64,000 nt of DNA from NCBI GenBank assembly GCA_046331705.1, contig JAXLQJ010000009.1, forward strand, positions 124,001 to 188,000. Reading direction: 5' to 3'. A program made the translations under genes and the position numbers. Position 1 is the stretch's first letter. Each line of letters starts with the position of its first letter. Of this stretch, positions 41,908-54,300 are shown one piece after another. Under the pieces are notes generated by a model, which had not been told where the DNA came from, did not search any database, and worked only from the letters and a program-made list of their open reading frames with translations. This DNA comes from a bacterium. Its GTDB lineage: Bacteria; JADJOY01.

Positions 41908-44444
41908 CGCCCACCTCGTCCGCGCGGCGCCACCGGGCGACGCGCGTGCACCAGCGCGTGCGCCACCACCACGCCGCTGCCGCCCGGCAGCAGCGCGAGC
42001 ACCTCGGCGCATTGAGCGGCATCGAGCTGCTGGAGGAGCGTCTTGGTCGCGAAGAACTGGCGGCTGTGGTGGTAGAAGCGCTCCCAGCCCTCGCGGGTGA
42101 CGTCGATGAGGCGGATCTCGCTCAGCCCCGCGGCTTCCAGCTCGCGCGCGTAGCCGCCCAGCACGGCCTCGCGATCGGCGGCGGGCAACAGCGCTTCGGC
42201 TTCGAGATCGCCGCCCAATCGTCCCGACAAGAGATCGCTCGCCACCAGATCGCCACCGGGGCGCAGCACGCGCAACACCTCGCGCAACGCGCCGCCGCGA
42301 CGCGCGGCGTGCAACCCCTCGATCCACACGAGCGCGTCGAACGACTCGTCGGCCACCGGCAAGCGGCCGCTCGGCGCGGCCGCGAGCGCGGCGATGCGCG
42401 CGTCCGGTCGCTCGCGTCCGGCGATTCGCTCCAGATCTTCCGGCCCGGTCCCCACGACGAGGATGCGCGTGGGAGTCGCACCGGGCTCGGGCGCGGCGAC
42501 GCGCCGCACGAGCTCGCTCACCATCGCCTCCGCGGCCTGCGCGGGAGTGGATACGTCCTCGCGCCAGGCGCCGACGTTCCGCAGCCCAGCGCCGCCCCGT
42601 CGCCACAGCCCGGCTTGGCGCATGGCGGTGCCGACGAAGTAGGCGTCGATCTCGGCCGTCACCGCGAACGCGGGCGCGATGGGATCGGGACCGAGGCCAG
42701 CGAGGGCGATCTGGGGATCGCGGCCCCGTTCGACGGCCCCGCCCTGCTCGTCGGCGGCGCGATGCGCGACGTCGGCGATGAGTCCATCGAGGAAAGCCTC
42801 GCCGCCCACGACGTCGGTGGACTCGCCGCCGAGCGGAAGCTCGACCCCCGCCGGCAGCGTCGGCTCGCGCACGACGGCCTCGAGCTCGAACCCGCCGGCG
42901 AGCGCGATCTCCTCGGCGACCGGGTCACCCTCGCCGTGGTGATCGAAGGAGCCGTGCCAGATCTCGATGCCACCGCGAGGATTGTCCTCGTAGCGCCAGC
43001 CGTTCGGTCCCTTCACCGCGACCTCGGGGCCGAACGGATTGGCGGTGCCGACGAAGAAACCGCGTGGCGTCGAGAGCAGCGCCCGGATGCCGTAGTTGTA
43101 GACGTTGCCGAAGCCGTTGCGGGTCACCGGCGTCCAATCGTCGCCGTCGACCGTGCGCCAGAGCTCGGCGCCGCCCTTGAGCTCGAGGTAGCGCTCCAGC
43201 GTGACCGGATCGATGAGTCGCCGCACGCGCTCGTCCCAGGCGTTGCGATCCGCGTACGGCAGGAACGAGGCCACGTCGAACGTCCCGGCGTAGAGCGCGC
43301 CCTCGTGCGCCCGCAGTCGCCACAAGTAGCCCGCGAAGAAGTTGTCGAAGCCGGGCCCGAGCCCGCTGGTCGGCGACTGGAAGCCGAAACGCGTCATGCG
43401 CGGCTCGCCCATGACCAGCTCGAAACGATCGTCGGGCCACACCCGCACGATCTCGCACGCCGCGCGGCCGACGTTGTTGATGCGGTCGTGGCCGCCGTTC
43501 TGGATGCCGGTGCCCACGTAGAGCGCGCCGCGGTGCTCCGCGAAGCAAAGCACCATCTCGTCGTGCGGCCCGCGATCGAAGCCTCGATCGGCCACCAACG
43601 TCCAGCGGTGCGGCGGCGGCCCTTCCCCATCGGTCTTCCAGAGCTGCGCGCCATGTCGGACGTTGATGGTCCCGGCGTACAGAAAGCCGTTGGCGACGCC
43701 CAGGTCGAAGATGCCGCGGTTGGTGGGGTCGCCGAAGAAGGGCGGGTTCGAGACGTGCCACCGCTGGCTGAGGGGGTCGTCGGTGCACAGCACCGAGGTG
43801 TTGAACGCCTCGTTGCAGAGACCGCCGCGAGAGCCGGACGGGGTGATGAAGAGATTGCCCTTGAACGGCACGACCCCGCGATACGAGACCACGTTCGGAT
43901 CGTCGAGCCCGAGCCCGGGCTTGCTCACCTGCTCGAAATGCTCGCCGTCCTCACAGCGCAAGAGCACCGGTCCCTGCCCGTACGAGCCGCACGACGGGAT
44001 CGTGTAGAGCACCGGCTCGCGATCGCTCTTGCCCTGGAACACGCCCATGTTGCGGAAGCCATAGGCGACCGGCACCGGCTTGTCGTTGGTGCCGATCGTC
44101 ATCGGGCTCTTGTAGACACGCTTCCAGACGTCGGCGTCGACGTCGTAGCGCCAGACCTCGCCCGCGAGATCCAGATCGAACACCGATGCCGGCATGCGCA
44201 CCGGCCAGACCTCGGTGGGCACGGTGTACGGAAAGCGCGCCTTCATGAGCACCAACATGTGGCGATTGGTGCCCACGTAGAGGTGATTCTTGAACCAAGC
44301 GCAGCCCCACGCGTACGAGTTTCGGCCGTCGCCGAAGCCGCGCTTGGCCACACAGCGGAAATGGCCCGCGCTCAGCGCGAGCGGGCGCCCCGCCCCCGCT
44401 TCGGCGGGGGAAGCGGCGCTCGCCGGGAGAACGCGCGCGGTCAC
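41904..44444 (-). CDS. Beta-propeller repeat domain fused to a class I SAM methyltransferase-like domain
   Basis: About six GF(G/D)...LY(V/A)GT repeats; C-terminal LP.ADESFD, REVLRVLRPGG.LV.SD; start uncertain. Confidence 0.7.
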   Translation of the reverse strand: MTARVLPASAASPAEAGAGRPLALSAGHFRCVAKRGFGDGRNSYAWGCAWFKNHLYVGTNRHMLVLMKARFPYTVPTEVWPVRMPASVFDLDLAGEVWRYDVDADVWKRVYKSPMTIGTNDKPVPVAYGFRNMGVFQGKSDREPVLYTIPSCGSYGQGPVLLRCEDGEHFEQVSKPGLGLDDPNVVSYRGVVPFKGNLFITPSGSRGGLCNEAFNTSVLCTDDPLSQRWHVSNPPFFGDPTNRGIFDLGVANGFLYAGTINVRHGAQLWKTDGEGPPPHRWTLVADRGFDRGPHDEMVLCFAEHRGALYVGTGIQNGGHDRINNVGRAACEIVRVWPDDRFELVMGEPRMTRFGFQSPTSGLGPGFDNFFAGYLWRLRAHEGALYAGTFDVASFLPYADRNAWDERVRRLIDPVTLERYLELKGGAELWRTVDGDDWTPVTRNGFGNVYNYGIRALLSTPRGFFVGTANPFGPEVAVKGPNGWRYEDNPRGGIEIWHGSFDHHGEGDPVAEEIALAGGFELEAVVREPTLPAGVELPLGGESTDVVGGEAFLDGLIADVAHRAADEQGGAVERGRDPQIALAGLGPDPIAPAFAVTAEIDAYFVGTAMRQAGLWRRGGAGLRNVGAWREDVSTPAQAAEAMVSELVRRVAAPEPGATPTRILVVGTGPEDLERIAGRERPDARIAALAAAPSGRLPVADESFDALVWIEGLHAARRGGALREVLRVLRPGGDLVASDLLSGRLGGDLEAEALLPAADREAVLGGYARELEAAGLSEIRLIDVTREGWERFYHHSRQFFATKTLLQQLDAAQCAEVLALLPGGSGVVVAHALVHARRPVAPRGRGGR

Positions 44445-44496
44445 GGGACCACCGACTCGAGCGGAACGTGTGCGCGCGGGGCGGAGCGGACGAGCG

Positions 44497-46074
44497 TCAC
44501 TCGAGGTAGCCGAGGCCGCGCAGCCGCTCCATGATCGCCGCCTCTTCGTCCTCGTCCAGGTTGGCATCGTCGCCGGCCGCGGCGCTCGCGGTCGCGGCGA
44601 CCGCGCCGTGCGTCTTCCGCGGCGGATCGCTGGCGAGATACTCGGGCTCGTAGAAGTTGGCGGGGAACGAGCCTTCGTAGTCGCCGGGGATCTCGAGACC
44701 GAGGCTGTGCAGCAGAAGCTGCGGCACCTCGATGATGTCGCGCACCTCGAGCTCCTGGCCTTCGACGATGCCGGGACCGCGGCCGAGCAGCACTCCGTGC
44801 GGATGGTGGGTTCCCGCTGGCTCCTCGCGGGGCACGACCTGCGCCTTGCCGTTCAAGATCGAGATCAGGCCGTGGTCACGCAGCGTGAGCGTCAGATCCG
44901 GCGCACGCTCCGTGTACGGGCCCGGCCACCAATCCTCGCGCTTCTTGATCTCGGTCACCACCAAGCCACCGTCCGGCCCCTTCAGCTTGTAGAGCTTCTC
45001 GATCAGCTCGTCGCGGACCTGGTTCGCTTCTGCCGCGCTGAGATGCTGCCGGTTGATGTAGATGCCATTGCAGCTCGGCGTCATCGCGAACGCCTTGGTC
45101 TTCTTCAGATCGATGGCGCTCACCAAGTTCGGCAGCTTGTCGACGAACACCGCCTCCTTCGCGTCCTCGGCAACCTCGCCGCGCCACGTCAGGTAGCCGT
45201 GGTCGGCCAGGAACTTGTTCACGTAGACGATCTCGGTGGTGACCGTGAAGCCGTGGTCGGAAGCGATGAAGATCCGCGCCCACTTGCCGGCGCGCTTCAC
45301 CACCGCCCCCAGGAAATCGTCGATCTGCTTGAAGTAGACCTTGCAGCGCTCGATGACCTTCTTCTCCCAGTCGAGCGGATTGCCGGGAATCGTCGAGGGA
45401 TCGAGGTAGCGGTAGGCCAAGTGCTGGATCTTGTCGACGCCGTCGAAGACGATGGCCGTGAGGTCGCTCGGCTCGGTGCGCATCAGGTGATCGAGGATGC
45501 CGTACCAGGCCTTCTCGCGCCGGATGTGCAGATCGATCCACTCCACCCATTGATCCGGGTCGAGCTTCTGCAATCCCATCTTCTCGATGTTGGTGTCGAG
45601 ACCGAGCACGTTCACGTCGAAACCGTCGACGTGCTGGAGCTTGGCGAAGAGGTCCGACGGGTGGCTCGAACGCCGCAGGTGCTTGGGCGGCACGAAGCCC
45701 GGCATCACGTGGCCGTTGATCTTGGGCGGGGGCGCCGTGCCGAAGAAGTTGAGCACGGTGACGCGCTTGCCCTGGTCCGAGACGTATTGCCAGATGGTCT
45801 CGACGGCGATCGTCCGGTAGTCGTTGACGCGGAAGTAGACGCCGTCCTGGGTGGGCTCGTAGCGCAGGAAGTCGTGCATGCCGTGGTTGCCGGCGCTGCG
45901 CCCGGTGGCGAGCGTGGTCCAGGCCTGCGGCGTGATCGGCAGCGGCGTGGAACGCAGCCGGCACGACGTCGACTCCTCGCGGAACTTCTGGAAGTTGGGC
46001 ATCACGCCCTGGGCCACCATGTGATCGAGCACGGTGTACGTCGCGCCGTCGAGTCCGAAGAGAATGGTCTTCAT
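44497..46074 (-). CDS. Alkaline phosphatase superfamily (nucleotide pyrophosphatase/phosphodiesterase-like) protein
   Basis: GLDGA, PITPQAW (Thr nucleophile), DKIQH, SDHG, GTHH, C-terminal ERLRGLGYLE. Confidence 0.85.
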   Translation of the reverse strand: MKTILFGLDGATYTVLDHMVAQGVMPNFQKFREESTSCRLRSTPLPITPQAWTTLATGRSAGNHGMHDFLRYEPTQDGVYFRVNDYRTIAVETIWQYVSDQGKRVTVLNFFGTAPPPKINGHVMPGFVPPKHLRRSSHPSDLFAKLQHVDGFDVNVLGLDTNIEKMGLQKLDPDQWVEWIDLHIRREKAWYGILDHLMRTEPSDLTAIVFDGVDKIQHLAYRYLDPSTIPGNPLDWEKKVIERCKVYFKQIDDFLGAVVKRAGKWARIFIASDHGFTVTTEIVYVNKFLADHGYLTWRGEVAEDAKEAVFVDKLPNLVSAIDLKKTKAFAMTPSCNGIYINRQHLSAAEANQVRDELIEKLYKLKGPDGGLVVTEIKKREDWWPGPYTERAPDLTLTLRDHGLISILNGKAQVVPREEPAGTHHPHGVLLGRGPGIVEGQELEVRDIIEVPQLLLHSLGLEIPGDYEGSFPANFYEPEYLASDPPRKTHGAVAATASAAAGDDANLDEDEEAAIMERLRGLGYLE

Positions 46075-46159
46075 GGTCCTTTCCTCGAGCCGTGGGTCCC
46101 GGCGAAGGATCGCGCCCCCGCGCTGCGATCCCGCTTCGCCCGTTGCTCGCGCAGGCGTC

Positions 46160-49100
46160 TCAGGACGCCTCGTGAGTGAGTAAGCACAACGTGACGGAAT
46201 GCGTCTCCGTGGAAGTGATCCTGCGATACGCGTGAATCTTGCGGCGCGCCCAGGCCGGGAAGGCATCCGCCATCGTGCCCCTCAGCTCGACGGTGATGCG
46301 CCCCTGCGAGCCGTCGGCGGCGACGACCTCGATCGCGCGCGGTCCGCCCTTCACCCCGCTGCCGAGCGCCTTGCCCACCGCCTCCTTGGCACCCCATGCC
46401 GCGATGAGCCAGGCGTCCTGCGACTGGCCCGTGGCGCGCGCGGCACTCAGCAACAGCGCGCGCTCGGAGGGGTTGAACGCGTCGTTCACCAGCGCCACGT
46501 CCATGGTGCCGACGGGCTCGACGTCGATGCCGACTCCCGCGAACCGCTGCGGGTCGCCGGCGACGGCGACCGCAGCGAAGCCGCTGTGCGCCAAGCTCAG
46601 CGCCGGTAACGAGGCACCGGGCAGCACCGCGCGGGGCGCGCCCTCGCCGTCGTTCACGATCTCGACGTCCGCCATGCAGACGTCGAGCTTGCCCCACCGT
46701 CGCACCGCGTCCTTGGCGACGACACGACCGAAGAGCCAGCCCGCGAGCAGCACCGGCGGCCGCTTCAGCGCCTCGAACGTCGCGCGCTCGGCGCGGCTCA
46801 GGATCATGTGCGCGAGCGCTCGCTGCCACAGGTGCTTCACCACGATCGGGCTGCCGATGGTGCCGATCTCGCACACCAGCGCGTGCTCGATCCCGGGCAC
46901 TCCCGCGAACAGCCCGGAGAGGTCGCGGGTCATCACCGGCTTTCGCGGCGCGGAGCCGTAGTGGTAGAGCGCCGTGGGCAGCTCGACGGTCTCGTCGACG
47001 CGCCCCATCACCCGCAGCACCACGCGACCGGAAGGCTCGCGCATCTCGACGTCGGAGAGCACGCGATTGCCCTCGCGCACCACGGTCGAGACGGTGCTCA
47101 AGGGCGCGCGTGGATCGCTCAGCCGGCTCCACTCGACGCGCCGATAGCCGTTCGGGAAGATCAGCGTGATCGTCGGATCCTCGTCCCGCCACGGACCCAG
47201 GATCTCGAGGCCGGGCACGTGGCCCGCGGTGTCGATGAGCGCGGCGGGAATCGCGGGAACCCCGGGAGTTTCCGGCAGGAACAGCAGGTCCGGGTCCGGC
47301 TGCACGAGGGTGGCCGACACGCCTCGCGCGTCGCACCGTTCCGCCGACACGATGCCGGCGAACGCCGGTCCGTGGAAGAGCATCCTGCCGTACATGTCCT
47401 CGGGGCGGATGCGCGCCGGGGCCTCTGCCTGATCCGGCACCACCGGCGGCCCGAGCTCCGGTGCGCTCTCGGCGAGCTCGACGAGCGCCTCCACGATCGT
47501 GGGCGCGCTCGCGGCACCGTCGCCGCCCAGCACGCGGCCGCGTGCCTTGCGCTCGCCCTCGCACACGACCTCGACGCGAATCGTGCGCTCCGGCGGATCG
47601 AAGACGAGCCAGCCCGCGGTCTTGACCTCCGCGAGCGCGCGCACCACCAAGCCCGGGTGAAGCAACAACGCCGCTTCCGCGATCAGCTCCTCGGACATCG
47701 CCAGCGCCATGATCGGCAAGCCCCGCAACGAGGGATCGCGGACCGAGAGCTCGCGGCCGAAGAACGTGTGATCGATCAGGAAACCGAGGCGGTCCGAGTC
47801 GAGCTCGCACTCCACGAGGATCCGCTGCCCGGGCTCGTGCTCGATCACCCGCGTGACGAGCGGAGTCGCGTCGGTCCGCCGAGCGAGCGCTGGCGCATCG
47901 GACGAGCCGGGGGCGACCTGCGGCGGGGGCGCATCCGCGACCGCCCGCGGTGTGGAAGCGGCGCGCGGCGCCGGCGCGTGGCCACGCGTGAGCGCGCTTC
48001 GCATCACGCGCTCCTGGGTATCGAGGAAGAGCCGCATGGTCTCCTGATAGTCGACCAGCGCGCGGCGGCGCGCGCGGCTCGCGCCCGGGACGCGCGGCTC
48101 GCTCGTCGGCGGCGCGACGGGCGAGAGCGCGGGTCCGTGCTGCGCCGCAGCGAGCGGCGCGGCTTCCGGCCCGGGTGCCGGCGCCGGCGCTCCTCGGCGG
48201 CGGTGCCGACGCGACCGCTCCGGCGCGCATCAGCCCGCGCGCGAGCGGGCGCGCGGCAGACGAGCTCGACGCGGGGCTCGCGCGCTCGGCGCGGGCCGCG
48301 ACCGGCGCATCGGCGCGCATCGCCGGCGCGACACGACCGATGCGCTCCTGGACGCGCGCGACGGTCGCGTCGCCGAGCGTGAGCTCGGGCAGCGCGAACG
48401 GCAACGGGGGATCCTCGGGCAAGCGCCGCAGCGGCTCGCCGAGAGCGATCTCGCGCGGCCCGCGGGCGGCGGTGAGCGCGTCGAGCCTCACGTCCACGCC
48501 GTGCGCCACCAGCATCCCGAGCGCTCGGCAGAGCTGTTCGATCCCGTGCTTGCGGCGCACGTCGAGCGCCACCGCCGCATGCGGGCGGGTGCCGAGCGTG
48601 TCCGACACGAAGTTCGTGAGGTTGCCGCGTGGTCCGACCTCCAGGAAGAGCCTCACGCCGTCGGCGTGCATCGCCTCGATGGTCTCGCGGAAGCGCACCT
48701 TGGAATGCCATTGGCGCACCGCGAGCTCGCGCACGGCTCCCGGCTCGGCGGGAAACTTGGCGGCCGTCGCGCACGACCACAGCTCGACCTTCGGGGTGCC
48801 GACGCCGACGGTGGCGTAGTACTCGGCGAGGATCGGGCAGGCCGCGCGAAAGCCCTCGGTGTGATACGCGCGTCCCCACGGCAAGCGCTCGCAGAGCCCG
48901 CCCTTGCCGCGCAGGCCATCGAGCGCCTCGCGGGTGGCGTCCTCGTCGCCCGAGATCACGAGCTGGCTCGGGCAATTGTCCATCGCCACCACCAGGCGAC
49001 CGTTCGAACGCTCCAGCACCTCGTGCACCGCGACCGGATCGGCGCCGCCCACCGAGGTGAGCACGGCGGCCTTCGCGAGCCCTTGGCCGGCGATGCGGGT

Positions 49101-51233
49101 GGCGACGTCCGCGCCGTAGGCGATGGCGCGGATGCGCGCGTCCTCGTCGGCGACGCCATACGTGCCCGCGGCCTCGAGCGCCATGAACTCGCCGCTCGAA
49201 TGGCCCACGATCGCGTGCACCGGCACCGCCAAGCGCGCGAGCAAGGCCATCAGCGCGCGCTCGGCCGCGATCACGGTGCCGACGGCGCCCTCCAAGCCGA
49301 GCAGCGCTTCCTCCGCCCGCTGCTCGTCCCCCGGTAACGGGAAGATCACCGGGCTCACCGGCTTGCCGCCGCTGCGGCTCGCGAAGCCCGCGTCGGTGAC
49401 GTCGAACTCGCGACGCACCTCGGGAAAATGCCGCGCCAGATCGGCGAGCATGTTCACGTACTGGGCGCCTTCCCCGGGGAAGAGCCAGGCGACTCGACCT
49501 TCGCGGGCGAGCGGTCGCTGGTACCAGAACACGCCGCTGCGGTCCTGGATCTTCTCGCGATCCGCTTGCCCGAGGAGCTTCACCGCTTGCCTGAGCTTCT
49601 TGACCAGGTCCGCGGCGTCCTTGGCCACGATCGCCAAGCGCGACGCGCCCGCCTCGCGCTGACACGCGGCCGCGACGTCGAGGAGCTCGAGATCCGTGTT
49701 GGCGTCGAGCCAATCGGCGAGCGCGCTCGCGCGCGCCAGCAGCGCGGCGCGGTCGGGCGCGGACACCACGACCAGCTCCACGGGCCAGCGGCGCTCGAGT
49801 CGTTCCAGCGTCCGCTCGTCGCCGCCCAGGTATTCCTCGAGGATCGCGTGGGCGTTGATGCCGCCGAAGCCGAACGCGTTCACGCCGGCGCGCCGCGGCG
49901 AGCTCCGATCTCCGTGGATCCAGGGCCGCGCGCGTGTGGAGAGATAGAAAGGCGTCTCGTCCAGCTTGAGCGCGGGGTTGGGCTCGTCGGCGTGGAGCGT
50001 CGGGGGGAGCACGCGATGATGAAGCGCCAGCGCGGTCTTGATGAGCGAGGCCGCGCCCGCCGCCGGCAAGAGGTGACCGATCATCGACTTGACCGCGCCC
50101 AGTGCGATGGTCGCGCGCTCCGCCTTGCGCCTGCCGAAGCACGCCACCAAGGACTGGATCTCGGTGGCGTCCCCGCGCGCCGTGGCGGTGCCGTGGGCCT
50201 CGATCAAGCCGACCGTGCCGGGATCGATTCCCGCCGACTCGTACGCGCGGTCGAGCGCCAGCACCTGCCCCTCGAAACGCGGCGCGAGCAGTCCGAGGCC
50301 GCGGCCGTCCGAGGCCGTGCCGACTCCCCGCAGCAACGCATAGATCCGGTGGCCATCGCGTTCCGCGTCGACCCGGCGCTTGAGCACCAGGATTCCGCAT
50401 CCCTCGCCGAGCAACGTGCCGTCCGCTTCGGCGCCAAAGGGAGCGATCTGGCCCGAGTGGCTCGCTGCGTCGAGGTTGCTGAACAGCAGATGGATCGGTC
50501 CGGGCGTGGAGACCTGCACGCCACCCACCAACACGGCGTCGCAGCGCCCGGCGGCGAGCTCGCGCATGCCGTGCTCCACGGCGATCAGCGTGGACGCGCA
50601 AGCGGCGTCGATGGTGTAGGCCGGGCCCATCAGATCGAGGCGGTTGGCGATGCGGCCGCACATCACGCTGTTCACGAGGCCGGGCACGATCTCGGCGTTG
50701 AAGGGCGGCAGCGCCGCCTTCACGTCGTCCTTGATCGCCACCAGCGTCGCGGCGTCGAGCTCGGGGTGCAGCCGCGCGATCACCGCCATGACCTGGTCGA
50801 CGGCCCAGCCGTGCGCCACCCAGCTCAGCGTGCCGCGGTTCACGTAGAGCCCGCGAGCGAGGATCACGCCGGTGCGCTTGCGGTGGAGCGGCCGGTCGGG
50901 GATCCCGGCATCGGCGAGCGCCTCGAACGCGCAGCGCAGCGCCAGGAAGTGGTCCGGCTCGGCGCCGTCCACGCTCGACGGCATGACCCCGTAACGCGCG
51001 GCCTTGAAGCGGCTGAGCTCACCCAGGAAGCCGCCCTTGGTCGTGTAGACGCGATCGTTCGACTTGGCCTCGCTCGCCTCGGCGCCGCTCGCGCGGCCGT
51101 AGCGATCGGGCCACCAATCGGCGGGCGCCTCGGTGATCGCGTCCACCGCGCCGACGACGTTCTGCCAGAAGGCCCGGGTATCCCCCGCGCCCGGGAAGAG
51201 GCAGGACATGCCCACGATCGCGATGTCTTCCAT
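46160..51233 (-). CDS. Type I PKS KS-AT-DH-PPTase, frameshifted near 48190
   Basis: KS DAACAS/EAHGT/KSMIGH, AT GHSSG/AYHT; second frame DH FLIDHTFFG, LFHGPAF and Sfp-type PPTase GRVVAKDA/SLAHS/GIDVE/WGAKEA. Confidence 0.85.
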
Positions 51234-51313
51234 GGCTCAGCGTCTCGTGCGGACGATGGTTTCGACCCGGGGTCGACCGAACCGCGTCGCCCCGTCGATT
51301 TCCGCGCGGCGGA

Positions 51314-54300
51314 TCATCGATCGCCGGCGGATCCCGCGACTCGTGCGCTCGGTCGTTCTCGTTGCGCCGTTGGCCGATCCTCGAGCCAGCCGCCCGTGCC
51401 CACCACCACACGCACATCCTGGTCGGGCGCGTGCAGGAACTCGAGCCACGCAGCCTGACGCCCGACCGGCACGCTCACCAGCCCGAACTGACGCGAGGCG
51501 AGCTGCTCGGCCACCTCCGGCGTGACCATGCTGCCGGCGCCGACCCAGGGTCCCCAGTTCATCGACACGACCTTGCCGTGCCACGTGGAGTGCAAGCGGC
51601 GCGCGATGCGGTTCAGCACCTCGTTGGCGGTCGCGTAGTCCGCCTGGCCCACGTTGCCGAAGATCCCGGCGACCGAGCTGAAGAGCATCACGAGCTTGAT
51701 GCGCGCCGGATCCAAGAGGCCGGTCAGCGTGAGCATCGGATCGAGCTTGGTGCCGAGCACGCGGTCGAAGGACTCGGCCGTCTTGTCGACGATGTACTTG
51801 TCCTCGATCACGCCGGCGCCGTGCAGCACGACGTCGATGCCACCGAAGCGCTCGGTGATCTCGTGGACCAGCCCCGTGAGCTGAAGCGGATCGCGCACGT
51901 CGCAGACGCGGTACTCGACGTGCGAGGCGACCTCGCGAATGCTCGCCAGGTTCCGTCGCAGCTCGCGCGCCTGCAGAATCCGCGAGATCCGGTCCTCCAC
52001 CGCTTTCGGCGTCAGCGCGACCGTACCGCCCTCCGCGCGCAAGCGCGCCAGCAGCCGCCGCCGGATCTCGGCCCGATCGCTCACGCCCACCGAATCCGGG
52101 TCCTCGTCGTGGTCCGGCACCGGCGAGCGGCCAGCGAGCACCACCGTCGCGTGAGAGTGCCGCGCGATCTCGTGGACGATCTCCGCCGTGATGCCCCGCG
52201 CCCCTCCGGTGGCGAGGATGACGGTCTTCGCACCCAGGTCGAAGACCGGCTTGCGCTCGTGCCCGTTCGGCAGGTCGGCGCGCACCGCACGCAGCGCCAG
52301 CCGTCGCGCGCCGCGGTAGCCGACTTCCACCGGGCCGTCGGCGGCGAGCTCGCGGAGCAACGTGCTGGCGTCCGGAGCGCGGTCGTAGTCGACGACGCGG
52401 AACCGCGCCTTCGGCCACTCCTGCGCCGCGGACTTGAACAACCCCGCAAGACCACCGCGCCACGGCTGCGCCGAGTCCTCGGCGCGCGCCGGATCGAAAT
52501 CGCCACCGCCGCGGGTGAGCGCCGCCACCAGTGGCGCCGCGGCGCCGCCGCTCTTGAGCTCGGGCGCGAACGCCTGCAGCAAGAAGAGCGCGCCGCGCAG
52601 CTCGTCCGCCACGTGGCGCTGCCACTCGGCGCCCGAGATACCGGGGAACGACGGCGCCTCGCGCAGCGGCAAGAGGTGCAGCACGGCGCCGATCGGACCG
52701 ACGCTGCTGCGGATGCGCGCGAACGCGGCCTCCGCCTTGGCGCGAGTCGCCAGCTCGCCCGGCTCGAGCATCACCATCGGTACGCCGCGGGCGCGCAGCA
52801 AGCCGCCGAGGGCTTGCGCAAGCCCGTCGCCGTCCTCGGTGAGCACCCAGGTTCCGCGGGGCAGCTCGCGCGAGGCACCGGCCTCGAGCGGGATCTCCTC
52901 CACGCGCACCACCGAGCGCGGCACGTGGATCGACTCGTCGGCGAGTGCCTCGAGCGTGGTGCCGTCGAGCCCGTCGTCGACGCGCGCGGGCTCGCCCTCG
53001 AGGGGCGCTGCCGCGGTCGCCGTGTCAGTTCCCGCGCCGCCGCTCGACCGCTCGAGCTTCGCGACGCCGTCGAGGATCGCGCGCAACGTGGTCGCCGAGG
53101 ACATCGATTCCATGAACCACGCCGGAGGCTCGGCGACCGCCGGGACGACGGTGCGACGGAAGGCCGCGATGATCTCCACGCGCTTGATGGAATCGATCCC
53201 GAGATCGGCCTCGAGCCCGGCGTCGAGGTCGAGCATCTCGACCGGATAGCCCGTGCGGTCCGACACGATCGAGCGCAGGAGCGCGACCCTATCGTCGCCG
53301 CCGGATTCGACGCGCGGCGCGCTCGGCGCGGACGCCGGCGCGGAGGGCGCAGGGACGGCAATCGCTCGCGCGACCGGTCCGGCCGCCTCTGCCTCGAGCC
53401 GTGCCACACCCGCGAGGATCCGGTCCAGGGTCGTCGCCGCGCTCATCTCCTCCATGAACCACGCGGGAGGCTCGCTCACGGAGGGCACCGCGGCGCGCCG
53501 GAACGCGGCGATGATCTCGACCCGCTTGATCGAGTCGATCCCCAGATCCGATTCGAGCCCGGCGTGCAGGTCGAGCATCTCCACCGGATATCCCGTTCGG
53601 TCCGACACGATCGTCTTGAGCAGCTCCGTGCGATCGCTCGCGGAGCCCGGCGCCGATCCCGTCGACGCGGCGGCGCTGGGCGAGCTCGACGGTGCGCTCT
53701 GCGCCAGAGCGGCGCTCGCGCCGTCTCCCGCCAGTCGTTCCACGCCGTCGAGGATCGCTTGCAGCGTGGTGGCGCTGCCCATGGATTCCATGAACCACGC
53801 CGGCGGCTCGGCGACGTGGGGGACCACGGCCTTGCGGAACGCGGCGATGATCTCGACCCGCTTGATGGAATCGATCCCCAGATCGGATTCGAGCCCGGCC
53901 GTGAGATCCAGCATCTCGGGCGGGTAGCCCGTGCGATCCGTGACGATCGTGCGCAAGAGCGACACGCGATCGCTCCCGCCCGCGGCAGCCACCGGCGCCG
54001 CGGGTGTCGCCGCGGGGGGCGCCGGCCTGCTGCTGGCGACGGGGGCAGCTTCGCCGGCCCCGGCCGCGAGCTTCGCCACCCCATCGAGGATCATGCGCAG
54101 GGTCGTGGCGGTGCCCATCGCCTCCATGAACCACGCGGGTGGTTCCGCGATCGCCGGCACGGCCGCGCGCCGGAACGCGGCGATGATCTCGACCCGCTTG
54201 ATCGAGTCGATGCCGAGATCGGACTCGAGACCGGCGTCGAGCTCGAGCATCTCCGGCGGATAACCGGTGCGCTCGGTCACGATGCGCTTGAGCTCGCTGG

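Noticed and set aside
46071-48190. C-terminal ~700 aa of the 1720-aa PKS ORF
   Set aside because: Off-frame nonsense; DH and PPTase motifs are in the other frame. The ATGA overlap at 46071-46074 is probably coincidental
53055-54300. Repeats as CRISPR or mobile element
   Set aside because: In-frame ACP domains of ~240 bp; no cas or transposase
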